DNA of 63,525 nucleotides, counting the filler, from Kipferlia bialata (lineage: Eukaryota), in assembly GCA_003568945.1 (NCBI GenBank). It is 6 parts of 6 records of this genome, joined end to end, with 100 filler letters (N's around TTAATTAATTAA, not from the genome) between each part and the next. Parts side by side here need not be neighbours in the genome. Positions count along the whole stretch, not along the records: positions 1 to 13,218 come from BDIP01000977.1; positions 13,319 to 26,509 come from BDIP01000980.1; 4 more parts are not named here. One strand, given 5' to 3'. Position 1 is the stretch's first letter, and each line of letters opens with the position of its first letter. A model generated the notes under the pieces. It did not search any database, had not been told where the DNA came from, and saw nothing but the letters and a program-made list of their open reading frames with translations. The position numbers and the translations under genes are program-made. Below are positions 11,701 to 25,320 of the stretch, piece after piece.

Positions 11701-12987
11701 CTCACCCTCTGTATAGAGTGCATCACTATCAATCTCCACCCCTCTGAATGTATCTCTCTCTCCCTCTCTCATAGCATACACTGCCCCACTATCAATCTCT
11801 ACCCCTCTGAATGTGTGCCCATCATAGCACACTAACATACCCTGCACAACACAGAGAGACACATTCCTCTGCTTGATACAGACAGTGTCAGTGGAGTGTA
11901 TGGCTATACTAGAGAGACTTGAGGGGCTAGGATTGTCGGCTGCCTCGGTCTCTGTCTCTTTGCTCTGAGGGAGTGTGCTCTGTGAACCAATGTGCATTAT
12001 GCGGCGCATGTACCCTACTACCCCACCTGACATCCTACCAGTGGGGTGTGCAGGGGTATCAGTCGCTTGATCTCCCCCTAGAGAAGAATCAGTCTCACAG
12101 GCATTTGTTGTGTCAATGCGTATGATACGGCACTGATAGGTTGGGTTTCGGCCTCCACCCATCGGGGAGTCACACACACATAGCAGAGTGTGGTGGTCAA
12201 GTCTCACCGCACAGTATACACCTGACTGTGAGTATATCCATAGGATATACATATAGCATATAGGTATGGTGTCACACCCACAGAGGAGAGTGTGGTGGTC
12301 TAGCTTGACAGCACAGTACACACCTGAGTGTGAGTATATACACATATAGTATACATAGAGTGTAGGAACAAAGTGACAAACACAGAGGAGGGTTTGGTGG
12401 TCCAGCTTGACACAGCAGTAGACACCTAGGGGATCAGAATATATGATATACTGTGACATAGCATATATATATGCTATATATATATATATAGCTGTATAGA
12501 GCTCTAAATATAGAATAACAGAGTGTGGTGGTCCATTATGACAACGCAGTATACACTTAGAGCGTATTAGAATAGAATGTATCTGTAAGTACCTCGTGCC
12601 CATAGCACCTCCTTCAACTGTCTGCGAAAGGTCAAGATACTGTGCGTGTATATCTTTCATCTCTATATATACACTCACCTCGTGCCCATAGCACACCCTT
12701 CATCTTTCTGGACACTAGGGCATGCTCACATGGCATGGAGGCTGGGGATAAGAGAGACAGAGAGAAACAGAGGGGGGACAGAGAGAGAGAGAGAGAGAGA
12801 GAGAAGGAGGCTGTTAGACAAGTGGCATATACGTTGAGGAAAAGCGAGAGGGAGTACGAGAGTGGAGAGAGAAAGAGAGAGAGAGAGAAAGGTTGAGAGA
12901 GACATAGAGACAACCTGTGGGCCTCCGGTGTCTTCTTGAGGGATATGGTGCTTGTGGATGCCAACACTGATGTGGAGGGTCATATTG
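8750..12987 (-). CDS. Hypothetical Kelch-like/beta-propeller protein, multi-exon
   Basis: Minus-strand exons give GVYCAVRLDHHTLLCVCD, LTGYYHGAVGETAHFLR, VTYNHATGW, AITIGHFLVIP...CIVYDTISGDMEIW, GGVLVSPDTALVM and a last exon LVQYLPQVMYPHPDLEWGY ending in TAG at about 8750. Start not resolved. Confidence 0.6.
8932..9329 (-). repeat. Four near-identical copies of a ~37-nt exon 3' end plus donor
   Basis: GCTGTCCTCATGTCATCCATGACCAGGGCAG at about 8938, 9048, 9149 and 9297, each adjacent to TACCT (a minus-strand GT donor); spacing about 100-150 nt. Confidence 0.92.
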
Positions 12988-13189
12988 CTGAGGTCAGAGC
13001 AGGGTTCAGTATTTCAGTACTTTTGGTTTTTTAAGTCTGTGAGTATAGGTAATCAATCCACATCATCCTTGCAGTCCTCGATTTCTCACGACAGGATGGC
13101 CGAGGCACAGTGTCACTGACGCGTGTTACTTTAGTCAGAGAGTATAGGTATATCAATCCACAATATCCTTGTAGTCCTCGATTTCACAC

Positions 13190-13218
13190 GACAGGATGGC
13201 CGAGTGGTTAAGGCGATA
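13190..13218 (+). tRNA. tRNA 5' fragment, probably tRNA-Ser, truncated by the contig end
   Basis: GACAGGATGGCCGAGTGGTTAAGGCGATA matches the acceptor-stem/D-arm (A-box TGGCCGAGTGG) pattern of eukaryotic Ser/Leu tRNAs. The anticodon is not visible. Confidence 0.7.
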
Positions 13219-13318
13219 NNNNNNNNNNNNNNNNNNNNNNNNNNNNNNNNNNNNNNNNNNNNTTAATTAATTAANNNNNNNNNNNNNNNNNNNNNNNNNN
13301 NNNNNNNNNNNNNNNNNN
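13219..13318. other. Artificial contig linker
   Basis: N-run, TTAATTAATTAA (stops in all six frames), N-run; 100 nt. Confidence 0.97.
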
Positions 13319-13329
13319 GGGGGGGTAGA

Positions 13330-14755
13330 TATAACATGTATCTATATCATGTATCATATACATATGAGAAGGAGTGACCACAGCCATAGTCCCCATGACA
13401 CACACTGGGGGGGTAGAGGAGAGAGAGACACAAGACATAAGAGTGAGTGGTGTACATATGTGATTATACACCCTACATGTATACCTGATGTCCACACAGA
13501 GTCTGTCCACCTGGGTCATATACACATATAATATATACTATATATATAATGATTATAGTTAAGATAATACCTATATACATCATGCATGTACCTGATGTCC
13601 ACACACAGTCTGTCCACCTGGGCCACCTCAGTGCAGACAGATGATGCTGTGCTACCCGGCTCAACAATAGAGGATGGTGCACCAGTATCAGTATCCACCC
13701 CCTTCACCCCTATCACTCTCTTGACTCTCTTGACCCTCCTGGGCACTGTGTCTGTGACACATGGGACAGAGTCAGAGTGCTGGGAGATGGTGAGGGCGCC
13801 TGGGGTTATGTAAACAGAGGTACACACACACACACAGAGAGAGAGAGAAAGAGATAGACAGAGACAGAGGACTGAGTCTGAGTGCTGGCAGATGAAGAGG
13901 GGTAATGAATAGGGCGACTAACACCTGGGGATATACAATACATACATATAGGGGCAGTACATATTCAGACATATATACATACATACCTGTATGTCCCTCC
14001 AGGATATCCACTGCCCTGGTCAGGGTATGATGTATACAGAGAGTATATATATATATATATTATATACTATATATTACCTGTGTGGTGTCCCTCCAGTATA
14101 CTGACTGCCCTGGTCAGGGTGTGGATGGCACCACCCACGGCCTGGGCCTGTACAGTGAGAGACAGACACTACACAGGGAGGTATGCTAGGGGCAGAGTAC
14201 CAGTGGCTAGACTCAAGATGTACACTGACCAATCCCTACCTCTATGTTCAGACACACCGTGGCCAGCAGGTATACTCTCTCTCTATATATATACCATTCT
14301 AGATGTATATACCATCTCACCTCTATGTTCAAGCACCCTGTGGCCAGCAGATGTCTGACCCTTCTGACCACAGCTGAGGCAGGGGTGCGCTTGGTGACCC
14401 TGACAGTCAGAGACAGACAGAGAGACATACACTCATAGAGATAATTCATAGAGATACACACATACTCAGAATACTGATAGCGCTTGGTGACCCTGACAGT
14501 CAGAGATAGACAGAGACAGAGAGACACATACACCCATAGAGATAGCTCATAGAGATACATATACTGAGTGTGTGTGGGTGTGTCAGTGAGTGAGAGAGTG
14601 CAAGGGGTGCGCATGGTGACCCTGAAAACCAGAGGGGGGGGGATAGAGACAGTGGCACCCCGCAATACACATACACCCTCTCCCCACCTCAGTATGCTCC
14701 TCCTCTTGACATGCCCTGCACACCTGACCCCAGACAGGGTAGAGGTGGTCACCAT
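13330..14755 (-). CDS. Hypothetical multi-exon protein, 3' truncated
   Basis: ATG at 14755 (MVTTSTLSGVRCAGHVKRRSILR). GC-richer exon blocks with GT-AG borders and echoes, e.g. ALTISQHSDSVPC...EVAQVDRLCVDIR. No family recognised. Confidence 0.5.
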
Positions 14756-15140
14756 GCAGTGCGACACACGGGACAAAGACGAGAGGGGTATTGCTCGTGT
14801 TGAGGTTTTTGCCTATTCCACCCTCTCACAGCAGCATTTGGTTTGGAGGCCAAAATATCGATAGATACGTCCCAGCGACCCATCCCAACAGAAATATACA
14901 TTTATGCCTCCCCTGCAGCGTTTTATCCCCATCCCTGACATCTCCAACAAGGGGAGAGAGAGGGTGGGGGGTGGTACCCCTATACCTCAGAGAGACACAA
15001 GCCTTGCGCAGCGAGCTACTATGCCTAGTCTACCTGCCCCACGCACTCTAACACAGGCACTGGACACAGCCTACTACTAGTCTAACTGACCACTGGTCTA
15101 CCCACTAGCCATAGCCTACTACTAGCCTTAGCCCCCCAGT

Positions 15141-16672
15141 CTACCTACTTGTCTTGTTGAAGTATGCAAAGAAGTCGTCCTTGATGGGCTGGTCCTCTCT
15201 CTCCCGCTGCAGCTCAGAGGCAGTCGTGGCACGCTTCTCCTGGTCCTGGGGGTTAGGGGTATATACTATATACTACTTATGTATACTATATGTGAGTGTA
15301 TATATATATAACATGCCTGGTATACCTGTGCCCCCAGCACCCCATCCTATGTTATACACTATATAACCATCATATACATATACTATACATACACATGTAT
15401 ATATACATGTATGTATACTACTCCATGCCTGGTAGACCTGTGCCCCCAGCACCCCCATCCTCTGCCTCCTGACCTCTCTCTCATGCGCATTGGCCTGGGC
15501 ATGAGAAGGGGTAGTATATACATACACAATATACACAGTGCATTGCAACACTATCTCTCATGCGCATTGGCCTGGGCATGAGAAACGAGGTACACACATA
15601 TGCATATACACACATACAATGTGTACTGTAACACTACTACTCTCTCATAAGGAGGGGGGGTATGAATGGAAGACATATACACATACACATACACACGTAC
15701 CCTTCTGACCAGCTCCTTGTCGTCCCTGAGCTGCTGTCTCTCTCTCTCCCTCTCGGCCTCTCTCTCCTGCCTCTCTCTCTCCCTCCTCTCCTCACCCTGG
15801 GCCTTCAGTCCGGCATAGCCCTCAGTCACCTGGGGTCAGTAGGGTGTGTATATGCAGTATACATCAGTAGATACCAATACATACATACACATATACATAT
15901 ATTGTCAGGCATAGCCCTCAGTCGCTTGGGTGAGTATGATTGTATAGATAGACACAGATAGATATATTAATACGATGCAAAAGACATGAACACTCTCCAG
16001 TATAGCCCTCAGTCACCATACATATCATACATATATTGACAAACCGTCTAGACCACCATACCTGCTCCTTGGACAGGCCCTTCATGATATCCACACACAT
16101 ATACATATACAAATATATATATGTATATATATACATTCGCATGTGTATATCCCCACCTGCTCCTTGGACAGGCCCTTGAATGCATAGGGGATGAACCTGC
16201 CTGGGGGTCAGCGGGTTCAGCAAACACTTCAACACTGGGAATACAGATATGTAACATTATGTCATTAACCTATACATCAATATACCTGGCAGCTGCTCTG
16301 ACATTGGGACGGACAGTGTCTCATCCACCATACGGGCATTGGTGCTGGGGTGAGGATATGTATATAGATATAGATATTTATAGATATGCAATGAAGACTA
16401 CACCAATTAGGAATGGTGTCCATTACACAATACACACACCTCCAGTGTATCTGGTTCTGCCTCTCCTCCTCCTCCCTCTCTCTCTCTCTCTCTATCTATA
16501 CATAGATACTAGTATATAATATACCTACACACTATACATACCTCCAGTGGATCTGGTTCTGCCTCTCCTCCTCCTCCCTCTCTCTCCTCTCCTTCTCCTC
16601 TCTGTTGGCCTTCAGCTGCAGGTTCAATGCAGCCGTGTCGGCCTGGGCCTGTCTCCTGGCCTGGGGGTCAAG

Positions 16673-16705
<33 letters not shown>

Positions 16706-16861
16706 CATACAGATACATATACATACACATACATACAGACACACATACAGACTGATACAGAGTGATACTGACACTGCCCCCTCACCTCTCTGTCCCTCCT
16801 GGCCCCGGCCTCCATCAGCTCATGGACAGTGGCAGCGTCCCTGGGGTCAGTGTACAGTATA

Positions 16862-16893
<32 letters not shown>

Positions 16894-18567
16894 CTGTGGT
16901 ACACATATCGAGTAGCAAGAAACAGTGAGTATCTATATATGCATATCACTTCTGTTTCTACCAACACACACCCACACACACCTAGCCTCTGCCTCTGCCA
17001 GGTTGGGGGGGTAGAGTATAGATAGAGTAGAGTATGTTGTGGTCAGAGTCTCTCTCCATACCTAGCCTCTGCCTCTGCCTCTGCCTTGGCCTGGGCAGCT
17101 ACTAGGGCGGCACTGGGGGTGAGACACCATTATGTATATTCGTATATATCACTACTTCAATACATCAAACAAGGGCGGCACTGGGGGTGAGACACAGTTA
17201 CATACACATGAACCTATACATACCTCTACAATTCACATATATACATATATATGCCCATACCTAGCCATGTGCTGCCTGTGCCACTGCTCTGTCTGGTGCT
17301 TCTGAGAGGCCATCCTTGGTATTAGAGAACATATGTGGTGTATATAGAGGGTGTATATAGAGGAAGTGTAGTACATAGGGAGTATATAGTATATCTATCT
17401 GTCTGGTGCTTCTGGGAGGCCATCCTAGGAATCAGGGGGGGAGGGGGGTATACAGATATACAGAGGGTGTCTATGTGATAGAAAGGACAAGACACACCAG
17501 GTGTATTCATGTATATACATGTATCTGTATATCCATAAGTGTATACCTCTGCTTGTACACACTGTCCTCCCCGTCAAAGAACTGGCCACTGGACACTCCG
17601 AGGGTGGGGTCAACCTCGCCAAAGGCAGGGTCACGCCTGGGTGTTAGAGGGGGGAGGGATATGCACAGACTACATATATATGGGAATGAGTGAGGAGGAT
17701 ACAGAGAGAGGTATGCATAGCCGCTCTGTCTACACGTATATATTCATATACACCTACCTGATGACGTGGTCAGCTGATGGTGGCAGCTGGAGGTCGGCCT
17801 CCCTAGTAGCAGCTGGGGGTGAGGATAGACGAGGACCTCATATGGGTATGAAGAGAGGGGTGGGCATACACGGGAACACGGTTGTGCGTATGTAGAGAGA
17901 GCTCTCTGACAGCAGCTGCGATGATGCCAGAAAGGGGGAGGGTGATAGAAGAACTGACCTGGCTCACAAGTGAAGCACAATACCCAAGTGTACTGTATAT
18001 GCACCTATGTCTATTAATAATAATCTTCATGCGCCATTACCTGGGTTTCTGCTGGCGTTGGCCATGTCGTGCTGCCTGGCAATCATACGGCGCCTGGGGG
18101 TAGAAGGGGGGGAGGGGGAGAGACTCGAGACTATAAATATATCCATAGAGGGAGGCTATCCACTCTCCATGCTGCCACAGACACCCTACCCACCCCCTAC
18201 CCACCTGTACATGTCGTCCCTCTCCGCCTGGCTGACTATGGTTGCACACTTCTTGAGATCAGAGGCGATCTGCTCGTTGGCCTCTCTCTCGAGCCTCTCT
18301 CTCTCGAGCCTCAGCCGCACACCCTCATCCAGTGCAGCCTTATCCACCTGCATAAGAGAGGGAAACAACATCTAGATAGACCTCACTGTCAACATACTGC
18401 TATAACTGTGACATAGAGCCAGATATAAGCACCAAAAGATAGGGTTGGTCACTCACCCCAATCTGACGCTTCTTGCTGTCAAGAATACGCTCCAACCGCT
18501 CCTTCTCTAACCTCTTGGTGCGGTCAAGTGCCGCTCCCGATCTCCCGGAGTCCTGTGGCCCCCACAT
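15141..18567 (-). CDS. RIB43A: RIB43A-family ciliary microtubule inner protein
   Basis: Spliced translation contains ERILDSKKRQIGVDKAALD, DPTLGVSSGQFFDGED, PMHFKGLSKEQ and the C-terminus DDFFAYFNKTSR*, the hallmark RIB43A/RIBC motifs, in a coiled-coil-rich protein. Confidence 0.9.
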
Positions 18568-18720
18568 GTTCGATTCTAACCCAGGTGTGGAGACTGCCAA
18601 GTTCAGCAAAATCTCATTCTGCACAAAGGGTGTAGAGATACCAAAAACACTGCACCCTTTTGTTTCTGGCTTTGTGTTTGAGTAAGTGACAAATGCGTTC
18701 CTTCTCTCTCAGGGTCAGAA
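18568..18720. promoter_or_regulatory. Putative bidirectional promoter
   Basis: 153 nt between divergent ATGs (RIB43A on minus at 18567, MFS on plus at 18721); free of microsatellites. Confidence 0.45.
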
Positions 18721-21700
18721 ATGGAGGCTCCCACGAAACCTGTTCACAAGCCGCTGAAACTAGCCCTCCTTGTAGGTATGTGGAGAAGGTGGTGATAGTG
18801 TATATATGCGTCAGAGTGGCCCTCTGGATATATGCCTAAAGATAATGAAGGACTAATCTATACACCCGCATCACATCCTGATTGCCTATGCTGTGTGGAC
18901 CTCATCACTGATCCCATACACTGTGCTTCTCTCACCAATAGGCAGCTCCTGGGCTGTGAGCCAGCTGGACTACAACAGCACACAGGTACAGGGCATGTAT
19001 ATGTATGACATCCATTCAGTACACCTTGTGTATGGGTATGCGTATGTATGTGATGCTTACTGCCCAGGTGTGTGTCCCCCTGATCCAGCAGTACTATGGC
19101 CTCCCCGAGTCCAGTGTGCAGGTGAGACCCATACACTGTGACTTATGTCACAATGTCCATACACTGTCAGGGTCGGATATGGGTTGTGCTCTAAAGCCTT
19201 GTCAGCCATTCATGTATGTAGTGTAGAGGAATAGGATGCAATAGCTCACCTTCAGATGTGTCTCCTCATTCCACGTCTCTCTCTCTCCCTCTCTAGTCAA
19301 TGCATCTCTTCCTGATCTCGAATCACTCTAGTATATGAATTAGCTGTTCCTCTCCCTCTCCACTCTGTGTCCTCAGGATATGTACATTCTGCGTGTATCC
19401 TACTGTGTGTATAGTACTCTCTCCCACATAATACATCCCTTTGGGGGTACTCCTCTAGAAGGTTCTTCTTATCCCCAGTGGAATCTGGATATTGCCTCTA
19501 TTTCCATGATCTTTGTCTTCTATTCTTATCGTGTGTCTCTCCCTCACCCCCAGTGGATCCAGATTCTGTTTCCCATCTCATTTGACTGCTGCTAGATATT
19601 CACTAGTATATATATCTGAATAATACGCCAATATATTCTCTATTTGATGAATATGCTCATATGCAACCTCACCCAGTGGATCCAGATTCTGTTCTCCATC
19701 TCCATCGCATCTGTGTCTGTGGTGGCAGGCAAGCTGGGGGATAGGCTGGGGGGAGACAGGTATACATATATATATGGATATGTATAATACTGTGAATAAG
19801 AGTATATGTACATTGTGACAGGCAAGCTGGAGAGAGACGGGGGGGACAGGTGCGGTAAACCATATGGAATCACGTTCATGTATACTGAAGTTTCCTCACC
19901 TCAGAGTGCTAAAGTGGTCTCTCTTCCTGTCCTTACATACATCCATATATACCGTATCGATTACGATTATATATATAGGTATATACCCATATGTATACCA
20001 ATACACATGCCAATCCTCACCTCAGGGTCCTCAAGTGGTCTCTCTTCCTGTCCTTCCTGCTCAACCTAGTGCAGTACTGGGCACCCACATTCAACGTCAG
20101 GCTGGGGGCCAGGTATGTTTATATACTTATGTATATATACATTTACCATATAATGTGTACCTGATATAGTACTGGGCACCCACATTCTATGTGAGACTGG
20201 GGGCTAGGTGGGTATATATGAGGATATATCCTCATGATCCTAGTGTCGTGTGTATGGCATGGGTATTGTATAGATATGTGCATATATAACAACGAATTTG
20301 ACCTGCCTTACTCTACATATCTCACCCCAGGATCCTTGTCTCGACGGTGTATGGCATGAGTACTATTATGATTCTTATACACTGTATATATATATATGCT
20401 AGTATATCTATACCCACCCCAGGATCCTTGTCTCCATGGTGTATGGCATGGGGTCAGCCAACTCAGGGCCAAACTACCTGCGGTGGGTGTGAATATATAT
20501 ATATATATATCTTCTAGCCTATACATCTTGTAATGTTGGTCATTCCTTTGGTATGTTGATATGTCTGTTATCGCAGCCTTCCCCCTCACTCACTCACCCA
20601 GCATCGCAGGCCCCAAGATGCTCCCCATGTGCCTTGCCCTCCATACACTAGTGGGTACGGGGCAGTGAGGATGTATGCATACCCACGTACATCTATAACA
20701 TACATACACATACACATATATATGTATGTGCCTCACTCCAGGCACCGTTGTCATGATCCTGTCCCCCATCATGGCATGGATACATTGTATATATAGCATA
20801 TATATATAGTATATACTCTATCAATGTATGATTATATATGAATACTGACCCCAGGCACTGTTGTCATGATCCTGTCCCCCATCATGGCTGGGTATGTCGC
20901 TGGTCTGTCCGATGACCCAGCCAACCCAACATGGCCTTACATATACCTAGGTGCATGGGTTGTATGTATGTAAATACAACTATTTATGGGCAGTGTGCTC
21001 AATGATCAAGTAGATGTCACAGTATGCGTGTACATGTATATGAATCATTGTATGCGCTACACTCGTTTCTTACCCTCATTAGTTTCCCCTACTTGTGCTG
21101 CTGCATTTTCTGGTAGACAGCCAGCGTGAATCTATAGTATTATATTTGCTATTATATATGTATGTACTCTTCTGATACCAGTTATGTCTGCCCTTGCCTT
21201 TGTGTGGTGGGTGGCCAATGCATATATATATTGTTATAGTAGCGTATGACTATATGTGTATATATATATGTGTGTGTCTAATACCAGTCGTGTCTGCCCT
21301 TGCCTTTGTGTGGTGGGTGGCCAATGTGCTCTACCTACCCAAGACAGACAGAATCAGTGAGGGGGCATTCGATGGGGTGAGTGACTCTGTATATATATAT
21401 ATGTGTGCATGTATGTATTTATATATATTAGTTGTATGTGGGTAGTGTAGATAGGATCAGCGAAGGGGGCTTTCGATGGGGTGAGTGACTCTGTGTATAT
21501 ACACACCATTTGCTGTCCCCTCACCCCCTAGCTAGGCGGACTCCTCTTCACCCTTGTGACCCTGTCCCTGGTGTTTGGACTGGCTGCCATACCCATGGAC
21601 ACAGTGAAGGTATGGAATATACAACTGATATGTATATAGATATGGTACTAATACCAATACTAATACATATGTGTGAACATACACACTGGCTGCACCCCCC

Positions 21701-24700
21701 ACCCTTCAGATGCTGTACAGCCTCCCTTGTATCTATTTATCTGTATAGTATGCAGACACTGTATGTGTTTTACATTGTGTTCGTGTATACATTCACCATA
21801 TCCCTCTCCCTCCAGATGCTGTACAGCCTCCTAGTATTGTATATGTGTTGTATATAGACACTATATATGCATGTACATACATTCACCATATCCCTCACCC
21901 CATAGATGCTATACAGCCTGCTGTCCCTGACCCTCTGTGCGTGTCTGCTGCCTGTCCTGTTCTGGCATGAGTCGAGGTACCTTGTGTATACATGTGTGTA
22001 TTTGTTAGGATATTCATGTATACATGTGTATGTATCATGTATATATCCACTGATACTGATACTGTCCTATTCTGGCACGAGTCGAGGCACGGTACACTCA
22101 TCACACTATTGGACTCTCTCTCTGTGTGTGTATGTATCCATGTACTTTCTTCCCCCAGGCACCCCACCCCCATCATCCCCACCAAGCTCCTGTCCCACAA
22201 GAAGGCCAAGAACGCCCTCATGGCTGGCATATTCTTCATGGTGAGGTATTTATGTATATATATATATACACACACCTTGAGTGTTCATCTACTGTTGATG
22301 CCACGAACCCTCCTGATACCCTTGACCCTATGCTCTACATACATTTGTTATATCACACTAACCCCTTAGATCTGCATCCAGTCCCTGATGTACTTCTTCT
22401 CCTATGTATACTTGTACCATATATACAAACTATATACACTCTACTTCACTATATATATACATGTACACATACATGTCTCTCCTATCCTAATCCTAGATCT
22501 GCATCCAGTCCCTGATGTACTTCTTCACCTATGTGTTTGAGTGGGTGTTCCACCTGGACGTGGGCACAGCAGGACTGTGCATGGCAATCACCCCTGTGGG
22601 TACGTGGTACATGTCTATACTAGTGTATGTGAGTGGCTAGTATCAATACCATCCCTCACCCCCAGGCATCGCTGTGTCCTCTGTCCTGGTGGGTAGGGCG
22701 ATGCAGGTGGGTGCATGTTCATCATTCTACACTCATAATACATTTAGTATTTATAAATATGATATTATATTGCCCTGTTACTTAACCCCCCAGCGCATAG
22801 CCTCCCTATCCTTCTGCAATATGCGCATATATATGTGTCCTGTTTGGCATGACCTGCTGATATATGTATGCATATACAAGTATAGATATACAAATACATA
22901 TATACTACCAGTGCTACACGAGCATCTAACCGCAGCGCATAGCAGCCCGCCCCATCCTGATGTTTGGCATGACATGCACCACCCTGGTGTGCATACCCAT
23001 AGCACTGGCAGTCATACCCTGTGACTCACTAGCCATGTACGGGACGATATATACTTATACTGTACAGATATGTAATCCAATTCTACTATATGAGTATGTA
23101 CCTCGGCCGTGATACCCTGTGACTCACTCACCATGTACGGGGGTTTATATGTATAGACATACAGACTCACGTATTCACTTGTATTCCATATTGTCACCTC
23201 CAGGTACGTGACCTCCCTGTCCATCTTCTCTGCCTATATAACGATATACCTGTATTGCTAATATGTATATATATACCATATAGTATGTGTATGTGTATAA
23301 CCTCAGGTACGTGACCTCCCTGTCCATCTTCTCTGCCTTTGCAGGCACCTTTGGGGTGACCAACCAGTCCAACCTGATAGCATCCATGCCTAGGTACATT
23401 CTATACTCTATGTATACTTACATATTCCAAGTCCATCAATGCCTGGGTCGGGAGAGTGACATGTGTACTGCAGTATGTGGATACCTATACCCTTACCCCT
23501 AGGATGTATGCAGGGGTGGGTGCACCATAGTTACTAAACTGCAGCATCTATATGATGCAGCAGTCTATATAAAGCATCTATATAAAGCATCTATAATATA
23601 TGTATACATATATTACAACTACTCATATCTCATATATCACTACCCTATACCTGTTATACTAGACACTGACCCCAGGATGTATGCCGGTGTGGTGGGTGCC
23701 CTGCTGGTGGCTGTCAACCAGGTAATGGGGGGTATCAATATATATATGCATATGCCACCGGCTGTAAAGTGTTAACAGGCATAGTATGTACTAGTCTCTA
23801 TTCTACACATACTCACCCCCCCAGGCCGGCAAGTCCACAAGCACTGCATGTATATATTTCTAATCTCTATCCCCCATGTACATTCTATACTTGCTGTACA
23901 ATGTCTCACCCCTTCAGGCCGGCAAGTCCACCGGCATAGCATATATGCAAATATGTATATATATTGTATGAGCTATATCTACATACATACTCTATACATA
24001 CTCATCCTCCGGCCGGCAAGTCCACCGGCATAGCAGCTGCTGTCCTCCTACAGAAGATGTATGCAACAAGGCTCAGTGGGTGGGAGGGGCCCATTCCGGC
24101 AGGTGCATTCTCTAAGCTGTACTGGTATATACTTGTGTATATTTACGCACCAACACTATATGTGTGGGTAGTGAGAGCGCAGGTTGAGTGGGTGGGAGGG
24201 GCTTATTCCGGCAGGTATGTCATGGGAAGACATACAGTGTGACAGATGTATCAACTACTATCCGTACACGAGTACCTACCCTACACTGTCATTATACCAT
24301 ATTTGTATATTATAGACCAATGTAGATACATTACATGTACCCATCATTGAATTACCATACTGACCCCCCAGGCGTCCCCACCCCTGAGTACCTCCCCTAC
24401 TACACCCGGTCCATAGTGTTTGTGACCCTGGCTGCCATGGTGTTTGGGGTGGTATCACTCACATGCATACCGGGGATCGGGTACTCAGAGAACGATAGGT
24501 ATAATGTATACATGTACTCTATACAGTATATGATATATGTACATACACCCTTACCCCCAGGGGCAACAGAACATGTATATATGAATGTATAGTGTGTATA
24601 TGTGATACTTAGACTAACCCCCAGGGGCAAGAGGTTCACCAAGGAGTCCCAGATATACATATGTATATATGTATATATGTATATGTGTATATGTACTCTA

Positions 24701-24947
24701 TACAATATGTATTATACATACATATACCCTCACCCCCAGGGGCAAGAGGTTCACCAAGGAGTCTCGCGTAGAGACTGTGACCCTAGACTCCGATGTAGTG
24801 AGAGAAGGGTCCAGTCTGCTAGACAAGGCCACACCCTTGGTGCACAGCAGAGACAGGAGGGAGGGGGAGGACACTGTATACACCATACCCTCCCAGGCAC
24901 ATGGGGTGGGGGAGGTGGAGGAGACAGAGTCAGATGACATTAGTTGA
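18721..24947 (+). CDS. MFS transporter, DHA2 (EmrB/QacA-like) type, many exons
   Basis: MEAPTKPVHKPLKLALLVGSSWAVSQLD..., VQWIQILFSISIASVSVVAGKLGDRLGG (motif A), FWHESRHPTPIIPTKLL, further hydrophobic exons, and a stop at TGA 24945-24947. Confidence 0.85.
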
Positions 24948-25320
24948 GGCAGGAGAGAGGAGAGAGAGAGAGAGAGAGAGCTGTCTGATGTGACAGGTCG
25001 TGAATTGATTGAATTTGGATATAACGGTGTCGTGTGTATACCATCTTATACCAATAATGCGTTAGTAGACAGTGTGAGAATAGTCAGAATAGAGATAATA
25101 ATATGTGTATTTAATTTGTCAGGAACTTGTGTGTAGAATATAGTACATGTTCCGGTTTGAGACTCTCTGAAGTGATACAGCCCCATTTATACACCTTCTA
25201 TTGAGTCGGTCTTCGTCCATCACTATTCAAAGTGTGTACTATTGTTGCCAACAATTTGTTGGTCATCAACGTGTTCAGTTCTTCTTGCCATTCCTCCGAT
25301 GTCTCCTACACCATTTCTTC

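Noticed and set aside
13263..13274. Palindromic TTAATTAATTAA recurring five times
   Set aside because: Always embedded in 100-nt N spacers; an artificial six-frame-stop linker, so gene adjacency across it is meaningless.
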